Part shown: one piece after another, positions 9,934-19,140 of the stretch
How positions within the stretch are numbered: the first letter of the stretch is position 1
Layout of the letters: each line of letters starts with the position of its first letter
Assembly (NCBI GenBank): GCA_046581755.1
Contig: JAYGFR010000145.1
Coordinates: 1-33,448, forward strand
DNA from: Nitrospinota bacterium
Lineage (GTDB): Bacteria > UBA8248
Length of the DNA: 33,448 nucleotides
Direction: 5' to 3'
Notes under the pieces: generated by a model
Databases searched by the model: none
Told to the model about the DNA's origin: nothing
What the model saw: only the letters and a program-made list of their open reading frames with translations
Program-made: the position numbers and the translations under genes

Positions 9934-12900
9934 TTAGCTGTCCCGCGTCCGGTCCGCCTCGGCCAACAGCTCGCGGATGTACTCGGTTTGCTCCCGGGCT
10001 CCGGCCGACCGGAATATTTCCAGCGATTCCCTCAGCCGATCGGCGGCCTCATCCGCCTGGTTCTGCTCAAGGAAAATTCGTCCCAGGTTGCCCAGAATAG
10101 TGGCTTGTCCGATGAGATGGTTCTGCTCCCGGTTGATGACGAGCGCCTCTCCGTAAGCCGATATCGCCTCTTCGAGATCGCCCCGGAAATAATGAAGGTT
10201 TCCGACGTTGCTCAGGTTGGCTCCCTCGCCTTTGCGGTTTCCCATCTCCCGGTTGAGCATTACCGCCTTTCCGTAATGCTCCAGCGCCCTGGTGTATTGA
10301 TCTTGCGCCGAATAGGCAACGCCCATCTGGCCCATGACCAGGGCTTCGCCTGCCTTGTCGCCCCCGCTCCTGCACAAAAGAGCCGCCTGGTCCAGATTTT
10401 TGAGTGCGCCCTCGAAATCGTTCAGTTCCGTCTGGGCGCCGGACAGCGCGACCAGCGATCGGATCCGCGCGGCATCGTCGCCCGCCCGGAGGAACAGATG
10501 AGCGGCCTCGGAAAGGTGCTCATGCGCATTTTTGATCTCTCCGAGCCTTCGGAACAATTGCCCGGCGCGTAAATGCAATCCGGCCAAAACGCGGGGATCC
10601 GCATCGCTTCCCAGGCATTGAACGGCCGACGCGGCCGCCTGGGCCGCCTGACCGAAATCTCCCTTCACCTGATATAAAATCGCGAGGTTCCGGTTCGCGG
10701 CGGCCAGCAAAGCCACGTCCGTCCCCGCTTCCCGAATTGCTTCTTTTGAATACGAAATCGCCGGGTCGGTCTTTCCCCGTCCATAGCTGGCCACCGCGAG
10801 CGCATTCAATGCAGGCCCCATTCGATCCGCCCGCCGAAGAGTCTCCTTGAAAAACCCCAGGGCTTCGTCATACCCGCCCATCATGTGCTCGAGAATGCCG
10901 ATGCGGAGAAATTCCTCCGAATCGACCGTCGTGCGTCCCTCCAAACGGGCCTGAATATCGTCCCGCCCGGCGGCGGCGATCCTTTCGATACCGCTGGGCA
11001 GGTCTTCGTCCACGTTCTCAATCAATAGAAGATCGCGCGGACAACACTCGGCCACAAAACCCTGCACCATCTCGGATACCGATCCGCCCGAAAGCGGAAG
11101 AGCGGCCGAATCCGGCGCATCCTCCGCCGGCATTTCCTCTTCGCCCTCCTCCCCGGGGCGCGCTTCCCCGCGCACTCCAGCGCTTGGAGCAAAGCCCATG
11201 TCTGCCGGAATTCCCCTGCCGGGCTCGAACCCGGGATCGAACGGCTCCGCTTCGGGCGGCGCTGCTCCGGGGAAGACCCCGGTTTCCTCGATATCCGCCG
11301 GCCCGCTTTCTCCATTGTCCGCATCGTCGAAAAGGGCTGCGTTACTGATGGACTCCTGCGGCAAATCCACCGGCGCGCCCGATCGCTCCTGTTCGATCAC
11401 GGAGAAGACATCCATCGCCTCCTCGGACCCTGCCAGCGCGGAAGGCTCCTCTTGGGACGCACTTTCCATGCCGGGCGAAACAGGAGCGACCCCGGCGGGC
11501 GCCTCCTGATCCCCGTCCGGTTGAACCCCATCCGGATCGGCGGCGGCTTCGCCGGGCTCATTCTCCATCTCCGACGGATCGAGTATCGCGCCGGCCGGCT
11601 CCCCGGTCAGGCCCGCCTGCGCCATCGCAGCATCGAGGGAATCATCTTCCACCTCCGGCGGGCCAAGAGATGTCTCTTCCGGCTCTTCTTGCAACTCCGC
11701 CGAATCGATGACGTCTCCCGAGGGCGGGTCCGCCGCTCCGGCGGACTCTTCCTCCAGCTGGGTGCCTTCCTCCTCCTCAAACGACACGGGGGCCGTCCCG
11801 GAATCTTCGCCGGAAACCCGATCCGCCGAATCGAGCCCAGCGGGAAACTCTTGCGCCGTTTCGCCCGAATCGATGAATGCACGCCCCTCGTCCTCCTCGT
11901 CGAAACGCATGGGCGCTTCATCCCCAGCCTCAAAGCCCCCGGCGGCATCATCCGCCGGGAAGGGAGGAAGCTCCTCCTCTTCCCGGTCTTCACCGGCAAC
12001 CGGTTCGGCTTCGGCGGGAAGCGGTGTTTCCGCTTCAGGCGAGGGAGCGTCATCTTTGGACGGCCCAACGGGAGGGGTGGACGGTTCTTCACCCGGCTGT
12101 TCTACTCCGGTTTCGGGCTGGTACATGATGGGGGGTTCGGCCTCGCGTTCGTCGTCCAGGACCAAGGATTCGAGCGTGAACGAATCTTCCTCGCCCTTAT
12201 CCTCAACACCCTCCGCCGGGCTTTCCGCCGCCGGAGCGGGCTCGCCGGAAATCTCCTGCCCGGGCGCCACCTCACCCGGCATGAAAACCGGCTCCTGAAA
12301 CTCTTCGGGTTCAGCCTCGGCGGCCTCTGCGCCGGGGAATTCTTTTTCCTCGAACGAGATGGGCGCATCGGGGATCGCGGGCCCGGGAACCTCTTCTGCG
12401 CCGGCTGGCAGGCTCTCGTCCTCTCCAATCGGCGCCTCGTCCTCCTCAATCGGCCCTCCTGCCTCCAGTAAGGAGGCCTCTTGGATGCCGCCCCCGATTT
12501 CATCCACAGAAGCCGGCGGGGGCTCCGTCCCCGGCAGCTCTTCGGTTCCAGCCAGGCTCACCTCCGGTTCTTCATCGCCGGTTGTTTCTTCTTTGCCGGC
12601 CATTACTTCTTCGCCGGGAGGAGCCGTGACGGGCTCTTCGGCGGTCTCGCCAATCGCATCGGAGCCAGGCGGAGCGTCGGCTGTTTCTTGAGGTGAGATT
12701 TGGAATTCCGGGAACATCTGCGCCGGCGGCGGGACCTCTGCCGGATCCTCTTTGCGCGACGGCGAATCCACGACCGCAATGCCCATCAGCTCAGCCACCT
12801 CCCTGCGGTAGGGAACCTCCTTGGGGGCGGCCACCCCCTCCCACCAGGGAGCTCTCCGCGCCAATGAAGGAAATTCGCCGGAGGCCGGCGCACCCCCGCC

Positions 12901-13344
12901 CGCCAGCTCAGAGGGCATCATAAAACCGGAGGGATCATCTGGATTTTCGGATTCTGCCGGGGACTGCGCGGCGCCGCCGATGAGCTCGACCTGCCGGTCC
13001 ACTTCCTCGAAAACCACTTTCCCGCCCGGCTCATCGGGTTCCGGCAGAGCCTCCGGTTCCTCTTCCGCGCCTTCGGCGGGGGGATTCCCCTCAAGACCCG
13101 CCAGCCGATCCGTAATCGACCCGCCGCCAGGGGTCGGCTCGCCCATTTCATCGGTGGGCCCGGAAATGTCCTCGACTCCCCTTTCGATTTCTTCCTCGCC
13201 ACCGCCCCCTTTATTCCCGAGATAGGGGTCCCAGGTTTCTTCTGGAAAATCGTCTCTGTGGGATCGTTTATAAAAAAGCCAGATCGCGATGAGGGCGCTG
13301 AGAGCCAACGCACCGACGAGAGCCAGGGTGGAATAGAGGCCCAT
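9934..13344 (-). CDS. Membrane-anchored protein with a long acidic E/P/A/G/D-rich linker and C-terminal TPR repeats
   Basis: N-terminal TM (LALVGALALSALIAIWLF) followed by KR, about 720 aa of low-complexity acidic sequence, then about 8 TPR-like repeats (e.g. GEGANLSNVGNLHYFRGDLEEAISAYGEAL). The ATG overlaps the upstream TAA (TAATG). Confidence 0.85.
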   Translation of the reverse strand: MGLYSTLALVGALALSALIAIWLFYKRSHRDDFPEETWDPYLGNKGGGGEEEIERGVEDISGPTDEMGEPTPGGGSITDRLAGLEGNPPAEGAEEEPEALPEPDEPGGKVVFEEVDRQVELIGGAAQSPAESENPDDPSGFMMPSELAGGGAPASGEFPSLARRAPWWEGVAAPKEVPYRREVAELMGIAVVDSPSRKEDPAEVPPPAQMFPEFQISPQETADAPPGSDAIGETAEEPVTAPPGEEVMAGKEETTGDEEPEVSLAGTEELPGTEPPPASVDEIGGGIQEASLLEAGGPIEEDEAPIGEDESLPAGAEEVPGPAIPDAPISFEEKEFPGAEAAEAEPEEFQEPVFMPGEVAPGQEISGEPAPAAESPAEGVEDKGEEDSFTLESLVLDDEREAEPPIMYQPETGVEQPGEEPSTPPVGPSKDDAPSPEAETPLPAEAEPVAGEDREEEELPPFPADDAAGGFEAGDEAPMRFDEEDEGRAFIDSGETAQEFPAGLDSADRVSGEDSGTAPVSFEEEEGTQLEEESAGAADPPSGDVIDSAELQEEPEETSLGPPEVEDDSLDAAMAQAGLTGEPAGAILDPSEMENEPGEAAADPDGVQPDGDQEAPAGVAPVSPGMESASQEEPSALAGSEEAMDVFSVIEQERSGAPVDLPQESISNAALFDDADNGESGPADIEETGVFPGAAPPEAEPFDPGFEPGRGIPADMGFAPSAGVRGEARPGEEGEEEMPAEDAPDSAALPLSGGSVSEMVQGFVAECCPRDLLLIENVDEDLPSGIERIAAAGRDDIQARLEGRTTVDSEEFLRIGILEHMMGGYDEALGFFKETLRRADRMGPALNALAVASYGRGKTDPAISYSKEAIREAGTDVALLAAANRNLAILYQVKGDFGQAAQAAASAVQCLGSDADPRVLAGLHLRAGQLFRRLGEIKNAHEHLSEAAHLFLRAGDDAARIRSLVALSGAQTELNDFEGALKNLDQAALLCRSGGDKAGEALVMGQMGVAYSAQDQYTRALEHYGKAVMLNREMGNRKGEGANLSNVGNLHYFRGDLEEAISAYGEALVINREQNHLIGQATILGNLGRIFLEQNQADEAADRLRESLEIFRSAGAREQTEYIRELLAEADRTRDS

Positions 13345-14936
13345 TATTTTCGGTCCATCTTCCGGAGCGCCCGGCCGGAACGCGCGCCCGTATGTTCCCC
13401 GTCCTCGACAACGATTTCCCCGTTGACGAGAACCATTTTTATCCCATCGGGGTAGGAGACGGGCTTTTCGTAGGTGGCCGTATCCCGGATTTTTCCGGGA
13501 TCGAACAAAACGAGATCGGCCTTCATTCCGGCCGTCAGCCTGCCGCGATCATTTATCCCCAACCGATCGCAGGGAGCGGAAGTCATCTTGCGGATGGCCT
13601 CGGCGAGCGGCATCAAGCCTTCGTCCCGCGCGATGTTTCCCAGCACGGCCGGAAACGTCCCGAAATTCCGGGGATGGGGCCGGCCCGCGCCCAGCGGGGG
13701 CTCGTGCGTTAAAGCGGCGGAATCGGAGCCGACCATGACGTAGGGTTTCTCCAAAACGCGGCGCATGTTTTCCTCACTCATCATGAAAATAAGAATTTCC
13801 ACGGTCATCTTCTCTTCGGCGAGGAGATCCATCATGGCCACGCAGGGATCGACCTCTCTTTTTTCCGCGGCCTGTGCGAGGGTCAGCCCCTCGCAGGCGC
13901 GATTTTCCTCCGTGAGGACCCGGCTGATCAGAACGTTCTTCCAGTATTCCGGACCGGGATAAGCCGCTTCGAGATCCGCGCGAATCCGTGCGCGCACGGC
14001 TGGATCGCGCAGCCTGGTGATCTTCTCTTCCATTCGGCCATTATGAACCCAATCGGGAAGCAGCGCACTGAGGTGGGTATTCGAGGCGATATAAGGATAT
14101 CGGTCGCAGGTAACGTCTTGGCCCGCCGCGCGCGCCCCCTCGATCAGCTCAAAAGCCGCATCGAGTTTATCCCAGTTCTTCTTGCCGGCGGTCTTGAGGT
14201 GGCTGATCTGAAGGGGGAGTCCTGCATCCCGGGCGATGCCGATGACCTCCTCAATCGCCTCGAGGAGCCGGGCGCCTTCGCTCCGCATGTGGGTGGCGAA
14301 CAGGCCGCCGTGCCGCGCCGCCGTCCGGCAAAGCGCGGTCAACTCCGCCCGGTCGGCGAAACAGGCAGGCGCATAGACCAGCCCGGTGGACAGCCCGAAA
14401 GCGCCCTCTTGCATCGCCTCGCCGGTCATCCGGTCCATTTGCGCCAGATCGTCCGGGCCGGCCGGGCGATCCGCCCCGCCCATCACGCTGGCCCGGATGG
14501 TGTTGTGCCCGATCAGGGGGGCGTAGTTCAGCGATATGCCGATATCCTCGACGTGCCGCAGGTATTCATCCAGCCTGCCGAAAGGAATATCCAGCCCGAA
14601 CTCCTCCCGGTAATAGGCGCAGCGCTCCTCCATTTCGCCCCCGCCGATGGGCGCGGCAGCGTATCCGCAATTCCCTCCGACATCGGTGGTAATCCCCTGA
14701 CGCACTTTGGCCTGGGCGGTGGGGTTCATCAAAAGGTAATAATCGGAGTGCCCGTGGATATCGATGAATCCGGGGGAAAGGGCCATTCCCTCGGCCTGGA
14801 CCGTTCGGCGCGCATCCCCCGGGCCCGGCGGCCCGGCGGCGGCGATCGTGTCCCCCTCGACCGCCAGATCCCCGGTATAGGGCTCGCTCCCGCTTCCGTC
14901 GTAAATGGTGGCCTGCCGGAATAGAAGATCGTACAT
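13344..14936 (-). CDS. N-acyl-D-amino-acid deacylase (D-aminoacylase family amidohydrolase)
   Basis: Motifs PGFIDIHGHSD, GNCG, GLSTGLVYAP, HMRSE, SHLK, GSD, HPRNFGTF and ADLVLFDP. Confidence 0.9.
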   Translation of the reverse strand: MYDLLFRQATIYDGSGSEPYTGDLAVEGDTIAAAGPPGPGDARRTVQAEGMALSPGFIDIHGHSDYYLLMNPTAQAKVRQGITTDVGGNCGYAAAPIGGGEMEERCAYYREEFGLDIPFGRLDEYLRHVEDIGISLNYAPLIGHNTIRASVMGGADRPAGPDDLAQMDRMTGEAMQEGAFGLSTGLVYAPACFADRAELTALCRTAARHGGLFATHMRSEGARLLEAIEEVIGIARDAGLPLQISHLKTAGKKNWDKLDAAFELIEGARAAGQDVTCDRYPYIASNTHLSALLPDWVHNGRMEEKITRLRDPAVRARIRADLEAAYPGPEYWKNVLISRVLTEENRACEGLTLAQAAEKREVDPCVAMMDLLAEEKMTVEILIFMMSEENMRRVLEKPYVMVGSDSAALTHEPPLGAGRPHPRNFGTFPAVLGNIARDEGLMPLAEAIRKMTSAPCDRLGINDRGRLTAGMKADLVLFDPGKIRDTATYEKPVSYPDGIKMVLVNGEIVVEDGEHTGARSGRALRKMDRK

Positions 14937-15032
14937 GGCGCGCCCACTCAGAGAGGATGTTCGGTCAGGCGGACGGGAGAGGCATTCGGTAAAGAAATTT
15001 ACATGAAAGCGCCTCTGGGGTCACGCCTAGGA

Positions 15033-16253
15033 TTACGGGCCAACCGCCCACTCCCCCGCCACCATCGCGGCGGACATCTCCAGGGACTCCGGGTCGAGGA
15101 TGCAAAAATCCGCGCGGGCTTTCGTGCGGATGCACCCCCACTTTCCCTCCAGGCCGAGCAGCCGGGCGGGGTTCCATGACGCGGTTGCGAGAATCCGGCC
15201 ATTGTCCAACGGACACCATTTTTTCAAAAGCGGAACCATCTCTCCGATCGAAAGGCGACTCCCGGTCAACACGCCCCCAGAGCGGACGGCAGGGCCGGAA
15301 ACCCGGCCTTCCTCCCGGCCCGAAAGCCCCCGGTCGGACACCAAATCGGACGTCAGGGCGGTGCGGGCCCAGCCGCTTCCCTGGAGAAATCCCGACACTA
15401 TGCCCGGGTGAACGTGAACCCCGTCTGCAATCAATCCCACCATCAGGCGGGGATCGGACGCCACGGCGGCCATGGGACCCGGCGCGCGGTGATAGGGCAA
15501 CCCGGTTTCGGGAGACCCCTCCTCCTCCGGCGCGCCATAGCGGTTATAGGCATGAACGGCGAATGAAGCACCCGCCGATATGAACCTTTCGACCTCTTCA
15601 TCCTTAGCGGCGGTATGGCCCATCGCGGGAACAACGCCGCGCCGCCGAAACCAGCTGGCGGCCTTGGCGGCGCCGTCGAGTTCGGGAGAAAGAGTCGCCA
15701 GCACGAGACCGGGGCGGCCCTCGGCCCCCCATCCGCCCGCCGCATCGGCGATGCAAACGATCTCTTCCAAATCGATCGGGCGGATGTGTTCGGCGGGATG
15801 CGCGCCCGCCATTTTCGGAGAAATAAACGGACCCTCGAGATGAATTCCCAGAATCGAAGCCGCCGGAAAATTTTCTTTCTCGAGGATCTCCCAAGCGCGG
15901 CGGACAGCCAGGGCCGAGGCCAGGAGCTTGTCCCCGGACTCGGTCGTCAGGGTGGGCAAAAAGCCCGAGGTGCCCCGGCGCGCCAATTCCCGGGCGATGG
16001 ACACGACGGCATCCGCCTCCCCCGCCATCACGGCGCTCCCGCCGAGGCCGTTCACCTGAAGATCGATGAAACCGGGACAAATCAGCTTGCCGCCGAAATC
16101 GAACACCTCGGCGCCGAGGGGCAGCGGGATCGACCCGGCGGGGCCAGCATAAGAAACAACGCCCCGATCCACTAGGATCAGGACGTTGGAGATGTACTCG
16201 ATGGGCGTCCAGGCCACGCAACCCGCAATGGCGAAGGACGATGCCGTGGGCAT
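15033..16253 (-). CDS. nagA: N-acetylglucosamine-6-phosphate deacetylase
   Basis: Motifs PGFIDLQVNG, FLPTLTT, GIHLEGPF, GAH, GHT, HAYN, HRAPG, IADGVHV, TSD, LTGS and NPARLLG. Confidence 0.85.
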   Translation of the reverse strand: MPTASSFAIAGCVAWTPIEYISNVLILVDRGVVSYAGPAGSIPLPLGAEVFDFGGKLICPGFIDLQVNGLGGSAVMAGEADAVVSIARELARRGTSGFLPTLTTESGDKLLASALAVRRAWEILEKENFPAASILGIHLEGPFISPKMAGAHPAEHIRPIDLEEIVCIADAAGGWGAEGRPGLVLATLSPELDGAAKAASWFRRRGVVPAMGHTAAKDEEVERFISAGASFAVHAYNRYGAPEEEGSPETGLPYHRAPGPMAAVASDPRLMVGLIADGVHVHPGIVSGFLQGSGWARTALTSDLVSDRGLSGREEGRVSGPAVRSGGVLTGSRLSIGEMVPLLKKWCPLDNGRILATASWNPARLLGLEGKWGCIRTKARADFCILDPESLEMSAAMVAGEWAVGP

Positions 16254-16266
16254 TCGGGAGGTTTCG

Positions 16267-16863
16267 TTATTTGCTCTTGAGTTTTTTCAACTTCGAGCGG
16301 ACCGCGTCGTTTGCCTTAATCAGATCTTGGATATTTTTTTCGGCCCCCTCAAGGAGCGCTCCTCCGAGACGGATCAAAATCAGGCGCGCGGCCAGCGTAT
16401 TCGCGCCCGGGACCGCAGGAGGCCTTTCCTTGTCGGGATTTTTCGAAAATTCCTCGACTTCCTTGATTACCTTTTTTTCGTCGAACAGTTCATTTTTTGA
16501 ATACTGGTAGCTCAGCTTGACGTAGTCGCGCTCCTTGCGCTCCTGGTCGCGCGTCTCGCGAATGATGTTTTCCATGTCGCCGGATGAGGGTTTTTTGTCG
16601 GCCTTTTGGCAGACTTTTTTGATTTCCTTGAAATATTTGGTTTCGCTGTAGCCGGTTGGCAACTCTTCGCCCGGAATCTTGCTGCTGATTTCAAACCGGA
16701 TGCCGTCCTCCACATACCGGGGAGGGCCGATTTCGTAGGTAATTCCTTTTACGCTGAACCGATCTCCTTTTTTGGGCTCGTATTTCTTTCGAAGATCCTT
16801 GGCAAGATCGTTCAGGGAGTGGGTGGCTGCCTGGATAAAAAGTTGTTCTTGAAGCGTTGCCAT
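16267..16863 (-). CDS. Hypothetical soluble K/E-rich protein (198 aa)
   Basis: Clean ORF with GGAG upstream of the ATG and protein-like composition; ends 13 nt before nagA. No family recognised. Confidence 0.8.
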   Translation of the reverse strand: MATLQEQLFIQAATHSLNDLAKDLRKKYEPKKGDRFSVKGITYEIGPPRYVEDGIRFEISSKIPGEELPTGYSETKYFKEIKKVCQKADKKPSSGDMENIIRETRDQERKERDYVKLSYQYSKNELFDEKKVIKEVEEFSKNPDKERPPAVPGANTLAARLILIRLGGALLEGAEKNIQDLIKANDAVRSKLKKLKSK

Positions 16864-16996
16864 TCTTTTTTTCTCCCTAAAGACAAACTCTCAAAATCAG
16901 GTCACGAAACATGCCCAATCGGCGGTTCGCCGTCAAGAGACGAAAAAATTACGGAGAGGAGAATAAAAACCATAAACTAGTACATATATCATTATA

Positions 16997-17009
16997 AATC
17001 AATATGTTG
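16997..17009 (+). promoter_or_regulatory. IHF-consensus site in the divergent intergenic region
   Basis: AATCAATATGTTG matches WATCAANNNNTTR exactly and is preceded by an AT-rich tract. Confidence 0.35.
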
Positions 17010-17091
17010 ATTCAACGTGCCCAAAAACGGAGACAGGAAAATTTTCGTATGTTAGTCTCGCCTTTTCTTCCGTTTTAGAAAGGGCCGCCGA

Positions 17092-18018
17092 ATGATCTGC
17101 CTAATCGAATTCCGGATCGGGGGCTACTCGCCACCCGACTCTACCCATAGCCGCGCATCGGTGCATTTCAAGGAATCCCTGGAAAAGAAAACGGTCGGTG
17201 CCGTCAGCGCCGATATATTCTGGAACATTCTCGATTTCGGCTACCGGGCGGACGATCTTCTCTCGATGGTGGAATGCGGCCTACTTACGATGTGCTATTT
17301 CTCCACCAGCTATCTGGCGAGCGCCGTCCCCGAACTCGAGGTCATCGATCTGCCTTTTGTATTTGAAAATGAAGGAGAGGCCCACTCCGCTCTCGACGGG
17401 GCCCTGGGAGAATATCTCACCGAAAAAACCGAGGAACGCACTGGGTTCCGCGTGCTCGGATACTGGGACAATGGGTTTCGCCACATCTCGAACCGGCTCC
17501 GCCCCGTGCGGACGCCGGCGGACTGCGAGGGGATGCGGATTCGCCTCCAGCCCAACGATGTTCATGTCAAGACTTTCGAGCTTCTCGGGGCGATCCCCGT
17601 GCCGGTCGATTTGAAGGAAGGCATCGAAAAAATCGTCTCTCACGAGGTGGACGCCCAAGAGAATCCGCTGGCCAACACCGTCACCTACGGCGTGATCGAA
17701 CACCACCGCCACGTTACCATGAGCGGCCACTTTTTCGGGGCGCGCGGCCTTTATATCCACAAAAATAGTTTCGACTCCTGGGACGCGGACATTCAATCCG
17801 CCGTCCGGGAGTCCGCCCGCGAGGCCATCCGGACACAGCGCGCTCTGGCGTCGGCCAAGGAGGCCGAGCTTCGCGCTCAACTGGAAAGCGAGGGAATCGA
17901 AGTCATTGATCTTACCGCTGAAGAGCGCGCGGCTTTCGCCGAAGCGGTCCAACCCGTTCTGGACGATGCGCGAGGACGGCTGGGTGATCGGCTGTTCGGC
18001 CTGATCGAAAAAAACTGA
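17092..18018 (+). CDS. dctP: TRAP transporter substrate-binding protein, DctP family, without a signal peptide
   Basis: Motifs VIDLPFVF, LGYWDNGFRHISN, PVRTPADCEGMRIR (conserved Arg), LGAIPVP and VDAQENP. RBS GAAAGGG; in-frame TAG at 17053-17055 rules out an N-terminal extension. Confidence 0.88.
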   Translation: MICLIEFRIGGYSPPDSTHSRASVHFKESLEKKTVGAVSADIFWNILDFGYRADDLLSMVECGLLTMCYFSTSYLASAVPELEVIDLPFVFENEGEAHSALDGALGEYLTEKTEERTGFRVLGYWDNGFRHISNRLRPVRTPADCEGMRIRLQPNDVHVKTFELLGAIPVPVDLKEGIEKIVSHEVDAQENPLANTVTYGVIEHHRHVTMSGHFFGARGLYIHKNSFDSWDADIQSAVRESAREAIRTQRALASAKEAELRAQLESEGIEVIDLTAEERAAFAEAVQPVLDDARGRLGDRLFGLIEKN

Positions 18019-18128
18019 ATCCGGAATTTTTCCGCTTCTCCCGCCCGGCGGTCGTTCGTCTTTCCTTTACCCGGTCCTATGAGATTCGTTTCGTAAAATG
18101 AATTGAACCAAGGAAGGAACCGGGAACC

Positions 18129-19135
18129 ATGCACCTCATCTACTCAGGCGCCATCCTCGTCGGGATTACCTTATTCGGTACGGTGGGATATTCGCTGATC
18201 GAAGGCTGGCCGCTCCATGAATCATTTTACATGACCATCATCTCCATCACGACCGTCAGATACCAGGAGGTTCACCCCTCAGCCCCGTGGGACGGATGTT
18301 CACCGCGGTGCTTCTCATGCTGGGGGTTGGGGCCGTATTCTACGTCATGGTGGGAGTCGCCGAGAACATGATCGAGGGGCGGGTCCGGCAAATCTTCGGG
18401 AGGCGAAAAAGAGTGCGTGAAATTCAAAAATTTAGCGGCCACCACGTCGTTTGCGGATACGGCCGAATCGGATTTGTCATCTGCCGCGAGTTCCAGCGGG
18501 AGGATCGGCCCTTCGTCGTTATCGATAACAACCCCGATAAAGCGGCGCGGCTCCCCGACGAAAACATCCCGGTTGTCGTCGGGGATGCCACCAGCGACGA
18601 GGTGCTGATCGAGGCTGGAGTCGAACGCGCGGCCGGCCTTATCAGCTCCATGCCCACCGACGCAGAAAATGTATTCATCGCCCTGTCCGCCCGGCGGTTG
18701 AACAAGGATCTGTTCATCGTGGCCCGCGCGGTCTGGGACAGCGCGATCCCCAAGCTCCACGACGCGGGCGCGGATCGCGTCATCTCCCCCTACACGATAG
18801 GCGGGCTGCGGATGGCCGATTCCGTACTGCGGCCGAAGCTGGCGAAATTTTTCGAAACGATTTCAGCCTACACCACGAAGGACTGGGATTTCGAGGAAAC
18901 GAAAGTTACGGAAACTTCGGCGCTGGCGAATCAGGCCACCCAGGTCTCGCAAATCGGCCAGAAGACCAGCGTCTACATTCTGGCCATCGCGCGGAACGGC
19001 GCGATAACCTTCAACCCGGGGGCCGACTACATAGTCGAACTGGGAGATACGCTCTACGCGATGGGGCGGCCCGAACAAATCGCCAGCCTGCGGGACCAAT
19101 TCTTGAAAGAAAAGGAATCCGGCTCTCCCCCATAG
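18129..19135 (+). pseudogene. Frameshifted 2-TM K+ channel with an RCK (TrkA-N/TrkA-C) domain
   Basis: TM1 and pore helix (GTVGYSLIEGW..FYMTIISITTVRYQEVHP) are in one frame; TM2 and RCK (GRMFT..VVCGYGRIG..GDAT..FNPGADY..GDTLYAMG) are in another. One extra C in the run at 18275-18278 restores HPLSPVGRMFT. The filter reads TVRY instead of TVGY. Confidence 0.8.
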
Positions 19136-19140
19136 CAAAA

